From Octopus vulgaris (lineage: Eukaryota), in assembly GCA_951406725.2 (NCBI GenBank), contig OX597816.1, positions 139,128,001 through 139,192,000 on the forward strand: DNA of 64,000 nt. The letters are read 5' to 3'. Each line of letters begins with the position of its first letter. Position 1 is the first letter of the stretch. The position numbers and the translations under genes are program-made. The notes under the pieces were generated by a model. The model searched no databases and was not told the DNA's origin. It worked only from the letters and a program-made list of their open reading frames with translations. This document shows, in pieces, positions 53,386-64,000 of the stretch.

Positions 53386-54444
53386 CAACGAAATAACCCT
53401 GTATTTTTAGGATCATTTTGACTATTAAATCTATACTGACCCTTCTTGAATCGCATGTCATTTCTCGATACCCGATTTACAACCTGCCAATGTTGCACAA
53501 AAGTGCAGGAAAAATAAATTAAGAAGAAACCTCTAACCTCCATTTGTAAGAAGTCCGAATGATATGAGGAAGAAATAAATAATCATTAAGTGTTTGAAAA
53601 CGAAGTCAATATTTTGTCATTCAAACTTAGGAGTTTGCCAGAAGAATAAGCTCCAGCAGTAGCAACACCAACAACAATTATTATTATTGTTTCTTTTTAA
53701 GCACAAGGCCTACAATTATGAGGGCAGAGTGTCTGTCAATCTCTTCGACACCAGTACATAATTTAAATTCTTCACTTTCGACTCTGGAGGAAAGGCGAAA
53801 TTGGAACTCAGCATGTAACGAGCCGGAACAAATGCTGCAAAGCATATTATCTAAAAAGCTAACGGTAGTTGAAAAAAAAAAAGAACCAAAAAAAAAAAAG
53901 AAAAGAAAATGATCGTATATTTATATGGGAAATAAACAACTGTTGAATTTAAGATATATGTAAACAAAAGAAAGTCTTTTGATTAGCTCGAAGCGTTTAA
54001 ACTGTATTATATGAGACTATACATCGTTTAACTCTTCGGCATTTTGAAATATTTCAACAAACATTTTGATTTATGGCGATAAAAAGATGTTAGCTAAGAA
54101 CGAAACCCCCTACAGAACAATATATTCAACTTTTCAGAAATTGAAAGATTACGATCATTGCAACATAAAAGCGGCCCGATGATAAGTAGTTATATTTATG
54201 TACTGTAAATTTTCATTCGGTTTTCTGAACGGATAATATTTATTGGTTTCTAAATTTATGGTAATATCTAAAACATTTACAAAATGTAAGTTCGTATTGA
54301 CAGCAATTTTTAGGTCTAAAGGTCTTTAACTTTATGAAGGTTTTTTGTTTTGTTTTCTTTCTTTTTTTTCTGAAACTGTCTAACTGCTGAGCATCCATAT
54401 TACTCGTAAATGACAATTACATCGTCTCAATGTTAAACACATTG

Positions 54445-54884
54445 AAGGCAGTGAGCTGGAAGAATCGTTAGCACGCCGGGCAAAATACTTAGCGGCATTT
54501 CGTCCGTCCTCACGTTCTGAGTTCAAATTCCACCGAGGTTGACTTTACCTGTCGTCCCTTTCAGGTCGAAAAATAAGTACCAGTTGACCACTAGGATCGA
54601 TGTAATCGACTTGGCCGCTTCCGGTAAATTTCTGGCCTTGTGCCAAAATTTGAAATCAATATTAAACAGTGAAGGCGACGAGCTAACAGAATCGTTACCA
54701 CGCCAGTCAAAATGCTTAGCGCCATTTTCTTCCGACTTTACTTCCTGATTTCAAATGTCTCCGGAGTCGACTTTGCCTTTCAACTTTTTGCAGTCAATAA
54801 AGTAAGTACCAGTTGAGCACTGGGGTCAACGTCATCCACTTCCTCACGCCCCGACATTGCTGGCTTTGTGCCACAATTTGAAGC
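54445..54884 (+). mobile_element. Two tandem SINE C copies with a triplicated target
   Basis: CAAT(G/A)TTAAA(T)(A)CA(C)..TG at 54428, 54657 and 54885. Confidence 0.8.
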
Positions 54885-55149
54885 CAATATTAAATACACT
54901 GCAAATTATTGAATAAATGTAAAATATAATCACATAAAAGGTAAGAAATTTCACCAAATTCTAAATTACTCATAATGAAAGGAAGAAGTCAATTTTATTT
55001 GCCCACACATTATCGAAAGAAAGTAATGTTCTTCGTTACTTTTAATATCGGAGTTACTCTTTGAAATATAGTTCCTGGTTAGAATAATGCTTTCTGGGGA
55101 AAATAGCTACTGAAGAGTATTTTCCTTCCTCCTCTTTCTTCTTTTGGAA

Positions 55150-55526
55150 GCACTCCGTCGGTTACGACGATGAGGGTTCCGGTTTATCCGATCAACGGAA
55201 CAGCCTGCTCGTGAAATTAACGTGTAAGTGGCTGAGCACTCCACAGACACGTGTACCCTTAACGTAGTTCTCGGGGATATTCAGCGTGACACAGAGAGTG
55301 ACAAGGCCGGCCCTTTGAAATACAGGTACAACAGAAACAGGAAGTAAGAGTGAGAGAAAGTTGTAGTGAAAGAGTACAGCAGGGATCATCACCATCCCTG
55401 CCGGAGTCTCGTGGAGCTTTGGGTGTTTTCGCTCAATAAACACTCACAACACCCGGTCTGGGAATCGAAACCGCGATCCTACGACCGCGAGTCCGCTGCC
55501 CTATCCACTGGGCCATTGCGCCTCCA
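55150..55526 (-). mobile_element. SINE family D head with tail delta
   Basis: Head as in 39820-39980; tail as in 16041-16195. Confidence 0.9.
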
Positions 55527-56747
55527 ACTGAAGAGTATAACCCGATGATGTCAAACTGAATGAATTTATAAAGATGCTCGTTACTAATAATATTGAAATT
55601 AATAACACAATATTGTTGTTTGGGTTTAGGGTTAACCCTAAGTCGGCTCGAGTAGTTCTATGGCAAACAAAGATAACGCGTTCATTTCTGGGGTTTTTTC
55701 CCTTATTTTTTTGTTTTGTTATTTTAAGAATTATTGAGTGGAAGATGTTTTTATTATACTTAATTCAGTTTTGTTTGGAACAGTTAAACAAGCTGGATTT
55801 GTTTTTGTTAATCTGATAAAATTCCTATAAATCATAATTAAATGTAGCACATAAATAACTATGTGCATATAAGTGCGCGTGTGTGCGCTTCGGTATTCGT
55901 ATGAGAATGTACCTATTATAGCAATCAGATTTGTTCTACATACAAACACACACCTACATATATAATACAGAAAAATATATATAAGTAATCAGACAGACAG
56001 ACCGTAAAATAGATAGGTAGATAGACAGACAGACAGATAAATAGATAGACAGACAGGCTGACAGACAGATTGATAGATTGATAAATAGACAGACAGACAG
56101 ACAAATAAATGGACAGACAGACAGATAGAGAGAGGAGGAGGGAGACAGATAGATAGAAGTGCTATCAAACAGCGTCCTTGGGTACAAGACGGATGGACCA
56201 TTTAAATTATTTGTTGCCTGGTTCGGACCGGGTTGCCGGGTGGATAGCAACTGGGACTAATTTACGTACAAAGTGACTGTTTTCACTTAGAAATAGCCTC
56301 AGAAGAATCTATTCTTTAAAAATCTAACAGAGTCGGTGAACGCTTACTCCGTTTCCGTCATAATTTATCCCTTAACCGCTGTGCTTTGGTCCAAATTTCA
56401 TCTGTCCAGATTGCAACTTTCTGATCTGCTGCTTCTTGTGGTCTACTGTACCGGAGGCCCGGCATACTGTGGCTGTTGATGTGCAGACATGCACTGCTAC
56501 TGTAGCATCTGCAGTAGTTCCTGAACGGTTGGAGTGTTTAGTCTTTCTTCGTAAGGCTGGTCTTTTTACTAGCCATGTCTTTGGCGGAGCTATAGTCTTT
56601 TGTCAGGCAAAGAGTAAGAGTAACCTAAAATGTTGTCAGGAAAACAGACCGCTTTCTACATTTTGGGCAATGGAGTCGGTAGAAGTTTCACGATAGTAAT
56701 CTATAAGCATTTATTTTTTCCACAGAGGGCAGGGGGAGGAAAGGAGG

Positions 56748-56810
<63 letters not shown>

Positions 56811-56998
56811 GGGGGAGTGTTATGTTATCACTTTTACGCATCTTTCAAAGGTATTAATATTATATATGAACAGAAATGGTTACCATCGGGACCCGAAAAA
56901 TAGTGCAGATTCGGTGCACCGAGAATCACACTATCGCATTACAACATTCACGACAAATATAGATTACTTTGTTGAGATTAAAACCATCCACTTCTATC

Positions 56999-57031
<33 letters not shown>

Positions 57032-57885
57032 CATATATATATGTGTGTGTATATATATATGTGTGTGTATGCATATACACATATATATACATACATAATT
57101 ATACATACACACACATATACATATACATACATACATTACATATATACATTGTCAGGCTGTTAATTTTTTTCTTCATTTCTACAGAAGATGAAAACAAATT
57201 AGTGCATCCTGTATGCTGGAAGTAATAGAAGCTAGAATATTTTTTTAAAACAGTATTTTAGAACTATCATAACTTGCAAAAAGCAAAGCAAAGCAATGTG
57301 GTTTTGGCTTTCCCTCCCTCTGCTCATTTAGTAATGTCATTCCGTGTAGCACGATGGGTGTTAATGTTTATACATAGCACAGGAAATACGAACGCCTGGT
57401 TGTTGGCTGTTGAAACAGACGTCGAAGTGTTTGTATTCAGTAGGAGGGATTTGATGTCCCGGGGGTCAACAAAATGGTTTCAGTGTAATAGAAGACGTTT
57501 GAAATATTTATGAAGCAGACCGGAGTTTATCAAGACAACGTGATGTTGTTTCAAACGGAGGCTTTTCTTGTCTTTATTTTAAAACATATTTTTTCGTATA
57601 TTTTTATTTCTATTTTTGACGTACGTTGTTCTGTTAGTTGTTACTGTTGCTGTTTCTTGGGGTTGTGTGTTATGGTTCTTATTAGTATTGCTGTTAGTGG
57701 TGTTGTAGTTAATGAGTTTTGTATTGTTTTTGTTGTTGCTATGTTATTCTGTTCAGTGAAATGGCATGACAACAGATACATGTTGTGATACCCCGCTGCG
57801 AAGGTAAATACCTCTATCAATTCACACAATATTGCAGTGTTTCTGGTTGGAAACTCCGCCCATCAAAGCGACGAGATTTCCAAAA

Positions 57886-58055
57886 TGGCCGCATATATCA
57901 GTAAAGCAACATCTACTGGCAAAGATTGCTTTCCATTCACGTGGCTCCGGGTTCAATTCCACTGCGTGGCACTTTGGACAAGTGCTTTCTACAAAAGCCT
58001 CGAATCGACCAAAGCCTTGTGAGTGGATTTAGTGGACGGAAATAGAAAGAAGTTC
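57886..58055 (+). mobile_element. Old SINE B 5' half
   Basis: GGGTTCAATTCCACTGCGTGGCACTTTGGACAAGTG...ACCAAAGCCTTGTGAGTGGATTT. Confidence 0.75.
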
Positions 58056-58072
58056 GTTTTTTTCTCTCTCTC

Positions 58073-58129
<57 letters not shown>

Positions 58130-58490
58130 GTCTTTCTGCGTATGTATATGCATGTGCGTATAATCTACGTTTTGTATATCCGCGTATGTATGTGCGTGTG
58201 CGTGTAGAGATGTATATATGAGCGTAGTGATGCGTGCATGGGTATATATGCGTGTGTATGTGCGTGTATGCGTAGACATATATATGTATATATGTGTGTT
58301 TGTATGTATATGTACACGCGTGTGTGAGTATGTATATAGATATATATTCATAGATGTATCTGTGTGCGTACTTGTATGTGTGTGTATATGCGTCCATATG
58401 TGGATTCTATGAATGAAGTAATACTTTCTCTATGCCTATTGGAGTAATTTCCCTTTATTCAACGATTTTTTTTTCTCATTGCATTTGTCT

Positions 58491-58553
58491 TAATAACTGA
58501 TGAGATGCCAGAGCAGACTCCAGCCCCGACATCCGAAACTCTGAGTTTTATTA
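58491..58553 (+). ncRNA. Minimal type I hammerhead ribozyme (Penelope-type)
   Basis: TAATAA-CTGATGA-GATG(22 nt)CATC-c-GAA-ACTC t GAGT-T-TTATTA: canonical core, 6-bp stem I, GUU triplet, one extra C at the base of stem II. Confidence 0.7.
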
Positions 58554-59205
58554 TGTGATACCTGCTCGGAGGCCTGCGCAAAGTTGCAGAAAGTGTATGG
58601 AGATGAGTGTATGAGCCACACACAAGTGTACGAGTGGTTCAGACGTTTCCAAGATGACCGAAAAAATGTCAATATTGACGAACGTTCTGGGAGACACGCA
58701 ACCAGCAGGACTGAGAAATACATCGCAGAAGTGCGTACAGATTTAAGGGAAAATGGTCGAATTATTATCCATGAGTTATCAGAGTTTGTGCAGATTAGTT
58801 ACGGTTCAGTTCAGTCCATTATCACTGCAGATTTGGGTACGAGACACGTGTCTGCCAAGTCTGTGCCAAAACTGCTTTCAGCTGACCAAAAATACACTCG
58901 GGTTTCAGTTGCGCAACGTAGAGAACGATGAAAACTTTTTGAAAACTTTGCGTAGGCCTACAAGCGTTAGACAAAATTTGATGCAGATTCTCTGATCAAC
59001 TTTTTCTGTCATGGTCGATGCGACGATCACATGCTATATAAATTTCTTCCAAGCACTGCTGCAAACGACAGAAGCTAGAACGTTAAAATTTTGTACGCAT
59101 GCACAGCAGGGTTCAAGGTCAATCTGTTTCAAACGGCTTTACTCTGCATGCCTTAGCTTCGTTACTATGGCAACAGTCCGCATACTTATTGATCCGACCA
59201 CACAT
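58554..59205 (+). mobile_element. Internally deleted mariner element (N-terminal HTH transposase fragment plus putative right TIR)
   Basis: ORF 58584-58931 reads QKVYGDECMSHTQVYEWFRRFQDDRKNVNIDERSGR..VSAKSVPKLLSADQK (WVP linker equivalent); no DD34D domain. Confidence 0.9.
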
Positions 59206-59469
59206 ATATATATAAAAGGATAAGATCATTATTTAAAATATCGATCAAATCAGGTGGCTAGTATGGGAATAAAAACCTCATAGGTAATAATTATTAAGAT
59301 TATTTGTTTTTTCTTTTTCTAGTCTGACATATTTTCTTTATCCTTTTTGTCTTTCCGAGCGCTGTACTGAGTTTAGACACGAACTTTTACTTTTACTTCC
59401 ACTGATTAGGGGTCGTCAAATATTTGTCATGTGACCTTTTCGTCATAGTCAACTAAAGCTGTAGATATT

Positions 59470-59520
59470 CCACCTGTTACTGCTGCTGCTGCTGCTGGTA
59501 CTGATGGTGATGACAACCAC

Positions 59521-59554
<34 letters not shown>

Positions 59555-59713
59555 GCGGCAGCACCGGTTGTGGTGACTAGTTGGGTGGCAGCACCGGTTG
59601 GCAACAGTGATGGCAGAAGTGGTGGGCAACAGTAGTGATGGAGGTGTTGCACACTAGACACGTCACTCAGACATCGAGGTTGATAGTGATTAGCAAATCA
59701 CTATGTAACCAGC

Positions 59714-59771
<58 letters not shown>

Positions 59772-59772
59772 A

Positions 59773-59803
<31 letters not shown>

Positions 59804-59967
59804 CAGAGATGATGATGACGACGTTGATGATGATACTGATGATGAAGATAATGATGATTATGGTGAGAAAATAAAGAAAGGAGTCAAAGTATGACAGGAA
59901 GAGGAGGAGGTGAAGTGAAGAGAGAGAAAGAAAGAAAGAAAGAAAGAAAGAAGGAAAGAAAGAAAAA

Positions 59968-60031
<64 letters not shown>

Positions 60032-60070
60032 AGGAAACGAAGGAAGAACGGAAGGAAGGAAGGAAGAAAG
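59470..60070. repeat. Compound (GAT)n/(TAG)n/(CAG)n and (GAAA)n block
   Basis: Direct reading. Confidence 0.95.
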
Positions 60071-60621
60071 AATGCAATGGGGAAAGAGATCGTTTGATGA
60101 GTTTCCACGTAATACTGCTACGGTATTAAACTGCTTTCACATGGCCCCGATGTTATTTTAGTACAAAATCCGCCCATTGTTGCCCCTTTTTTTCCGTTTT
60201 AGTTTTCGTGTTTTCTTTTTGTTTTTTTTTTTATAATACATCTGTCTGTCAGTCACTCTCTTCACTCCACCTTCAGCTAGACTTTCAGACCCTCCTCCTC
60301 CTTCTCCTCCTCCTCCTTCTCCTCCTCCTCCTGGACTCCTCTATTCCCGTCACATCTTTTATATCACCATACGGTTATTTCAGTTTTTTTTTCTTCCTCC
60401 CACCTTCAACTGTTATTTCATTTAGTTTGATCTGACTACCAGTATGCGCGCGCGCGCGCGTGTGTGTGTGTGCGTGCGTGCGTGTGTGTTTATGAATGAA
60501 AGTGTGGAATTGTACGAGTGTACGTGTATGTATGCATGTATGTTCGTATATGTATAAATATATATATATACGTAAGCATTCATGTATGTATGTTTGAATG
60601 TATGTATGTATGTATGTACGT

Positions 60622-60656
<35 letters not shown>

Positions 60657-60819
60657 CACACACGCACAAACACACATACGCATATGTACACATACATATA
60701 TGTATTTTATCTTCTATCATATAATTGATTCTTTGTACATTTTTCTGTCAACTCTATTGTCATATATATATATATAAATATTTATATACATTCATATCTA
60801 ATATACATACATATAATAT

Positions 60820-60857
<38 letters not shown>

Positions 60858-60922
60858 CATACATACATACATATATACATATATATATACATACATACAT
60901 AGATATAAAACATTTGTATATA

Positions 60923-60958
<36 letters not shown>

Positions 60959-61775
60959 TGTATGTATGTATGTATACACATACACACATACTCGTATACA
61001 CATATGACTATATGCCTATGTGACATTTCTAAATGTATATATCATCTATTTTTCATTGCTGTTTCATGAAAATATATTGCGTTGAAGCCAAACTTGCAAG
61101 TTAAAAAAAACCTTCTCCTTTGACCTGCGTTGAAACCCTGTCACTTATTTAAAAAATATTTTTTTTCTGTATTGAAGATATATACCTTTTTCTCCTTAGA
61201 TTGTCGGCACATTTCTGAAGAATACAAAAGTGGGAATGGCTGTCTGGTTCTTACAGAGCTTAAATACCCACTTTTAACCAATTTATCAGCTTCTTATCTA
61301 GTCGGCAGTGCTTTCATGTCGTTCATAGTCGGTTATCACTGGTTTCCTTTGGTGTATATTACCAATTATTTGACTGGAGCTCTGTATGGTACGACACGTA
61401 TGAAATAAGAAGAGGGGAGTTGAATATGTTTTAAGAGAAACCATCACATCAGTGTGTGACTGTTGTTTAAATAGAAACGAATTGATGACAGGTTATGTGT
61501 GTTCGTTGGCGGAGGAGTACGGGTGCGAGCCTGTATGAGTGTGTGTGCATGAATGTGTGTGTGTGTGAATGTGTGTGTGTGTAAATGTGTGTGTGTGAAT
61601 GTGTGTGTGTGAGTGTGTGTGTGCGCGCGCCCATGCGTGAGTGTCTATGTAGTTGTGGGATGTTGTCTGTCCGTGTGTGTGCGAATGGTTTTAGCTTACA
61701 ACCAGATTGATGCGGTTACATAAGTGTGCATACACAACATATACTTATGTATGTGTGTATATGTATGTATGTACG

Positions 61776-61809
<34 letters not shown>

Positions 61810-61871
61810 TGTATGTATGTATGTATGTATGCATGTATGTATGTATGTACGTATGTATGTATGTATGTATG

Positions 61872-61902
<31 letters not shown>

Positions 61903-62772
61903 GCATACATATGTAGCTTCCAATTGCAACAAACTCATATCGTTCTTTTTTATATATATATACGAACAGCTCACATACTAATATACGTACATATGTACAT
62001 ACAAATGTACTGTCACGCACGCGCAAACGCATACATAGAGAGGGAGAAGGGAGAGAGAGAGAGCGCGCAAGGAGGGAGGGGTAGAGAGATAGAGCCTGTA
62101 ATATTTAAAATTAGGTTTTTGAAATCTTATTCCAAGTTCATTGTGAGAATAGCAAAAAGAGAAGCATTAACAATATGTTAATGACCGAGAAAATGTAGAC
62201 ACGTAGTCTTGTACACAATTTCTGGATTGTATCCGCCACACCTAACTTTCATGTATTTATTTCTGTTCTGGTTTTCGCATCTGCCACACAGATAATATTT
62301 ACCTACATTATTCATGGAATATGATATATTCCTGACAGTTAAATATTTTACGAGACAAATCATTTTTTAGAATTTTCGCAGCGATGTTTGTTAAATATTA
62401 ATGTTGATCGAGACGTTCGTAAATAAATTCTTATTTACTATCTAAGCGATACTGCAAATGGATTGCATGTAGAAAATACGTAAATAATATCTATATCGCC
62501 TAAAGAAGAAAATATATGTGAATAACATAGAGAAAAGTGAGTAAAAGAAGATCAAGGTATATAGAAGGAGGAGCAGAATAAAGGCGCTATGCAAAGCAGA
62601 ACTACTCCACTTACATATATTTGTTTCGATAAATATTGCTTGAGAAGCTCTCTGGATTTTTCTTTATTTCTGTGTATTGGTGGATTTTCGATCTTTGAAA
62701 CATAGACGATAAAGGTTTGGTCAGTAAAAAAAATGTATAAGATAAATAAATAAATACATAAATAGATAAATG

Positions 62773-62844
<72 letters not shown>

Positions 62845-62846
<2 letters not shown>

Positions 62847-62928
62847 TGTCTTAACTGGTACATCACATGTATATTGTCTTAACTGGTACATCACACGTAT
62901 ATTGTCTTAACTGGTACATCACACGTAT
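62845..62928. repeat. 3 x 28-bp tandem repeat ATTGTCTTAACTGGTACATCACA(T/C)GTAT
   Basis: Copies at 62845, 62873 and 62901, directly after an (AAT)n tract. Confidence 0.95.
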
Positions 62929-63115
62929 TGAGAAAAGCATTGTCGATGTGAGAACTATTACTACCCATGTATTGTAATTTAACTTTAAAAAAAATGAACG
63001 AACTAGTGAATTTAGTTTAATGGCCTACCAATGTATACTATGAGTTTCTTTGCCCTAGGAGTCGGGAAGACACTCGGCAAGAAATGGAAGCAAATTTGAA
63101 AGAAGAAAAAAAAAG

Positions 63116-63116
<1 letters not shown>

Positions 63117-63160
<44 letters not shown>

Positions 63161-64000
63161 TCTTTTATTTGCTACAAGGGCCAAGGATGAGGGGGACAAT
63201 ACAAAGACAGACATAAACTGTGGGGGTTTACATAAAAAACAGCATATACGGTATACACTTGAAGAGAGGTATACGACACTAGAAGAGGGGGAAAAAGAAA
63301 AGAAGAAAGTGACAGTAGGGATGGGGTCCTCCTGATGCAGGAGGACCTCTAGGGATAATCAAGGAACCCCAACATCAAAGATCACCCTGCATACCAAGGA
63401 CGAATGTCCTCTCCAACTGCTTTCTTCTGACATACAGGTCTACAGTCAAAGTGGTCAACTTCCACCCACTTTTTGATGAATTCATTGGAGGGCAGCACGT
63501 CCCTCTCCTCCCCCACTTTCCTTTTCAAGTAAAACTTGAAAAAGTCGATTAGGGCTTTATCAAGGAGGAATGTTTCTGTCTTCATTCCTTTCAGCCTCGT
63601 CCACCACATAACCTCTTTTGCCACACCCACCAGATAAGGGAAAACTGCCTTGCCTGCCTGATTAAAGGAGGGCGGCGGGGCACTCATCATTATGGACTCG
63701 GCTGACGGACGGATCCGTCCCACACACGGCAGCACCTGGTCGACATGACTCCACAAGTCAACAATGCCCGGACACTGAACGAGTGCATGCAGAACGGTTT
63801 CGTCGTCGCTCTGCGAGCACCTCGTACAAGCCCGTCTGACAGCACACCCATGCCTGTAGAGTTTACCTCGAAGCGGTAGTGCCCCTCCCTCCCCCCGGTA
63901 GCACTGTCAGGCCAAAGATATCTGGAAATTATTCATAATAATCCCTGACCGGAAAGTCCTCTGGAAAGACTTGCCACTTCGTCTTCGTCAACGCCTAGGG
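63117..64000 (-). mobile_element. L1/Tx1-like LINE 3' end (zf-RVT CCHC region, 3' UTR, (TTA)n tail); continues beyond the window
   Basis: Minus strand ALPLRGKLYRHGCAVRRACTRCSQSDDETVLHALVQCPGIVDLWSHV (C-x2-C..ET..H...C motif); AATAAA then (TTA)n. Confidence 0.85.

Noticed and set aside
56348-56624. Possible minus-strand exon (TTTTAG acceptor, GTAAGC donor) or ORF 56436-56696
   Set aside because: Stops in all three minus frames and no recognisable protein; a non-coding exon cannot be excluded without RNA data.
62845-62928. CRISPR-sized 28-bp repeats
   Set aside because: Contiguous with no spacers.

Overview
Non-coding, AT-rich animal genomic DNA (intron or gene desert), most likely from an octopus. 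That assignment is an inference from the tRNA-derived SINE families and the very high density of (AT)n/(CA)n/(TATG)n/(TAGA)n repeats. No host protein-coding exon could be supported, and almost all ORFs in the supplied track are translated microsatellites. The only recognisable protein fragments belong to transposons: RTE-clade LINE 3' ends (three), an L1/Tx1-like LINE 3' end, a Penelope-like GIY-YIG fragment, two mariner fragments and a decayed Chapaev3-type transposase. Also present are about 45 SINE copies in four working families (A-D, my own labels), two non-autonomous Helitrons, a hAT-type MITE and a 680-bp foldback element with a TTAGGG array at its centre. Most notable: (1) many Penelope-type minimal hammerhead-ribozyme motifs, including a nearly intact one at 58491-58553 and a doubly folded-back locus (5605-6324) with hammerhead-like cores on both strands; (2) head-to-tail SINE-C arrays in which one 15-20 bp target duplication is re-copied at each insertion, suggesting serial same-site integration; (3) combinatorial head/tail swapping among SINEs, with tails resembling local RTE 3' ends. 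All coordinates were read by eye, and the ends of old elements are approximate.
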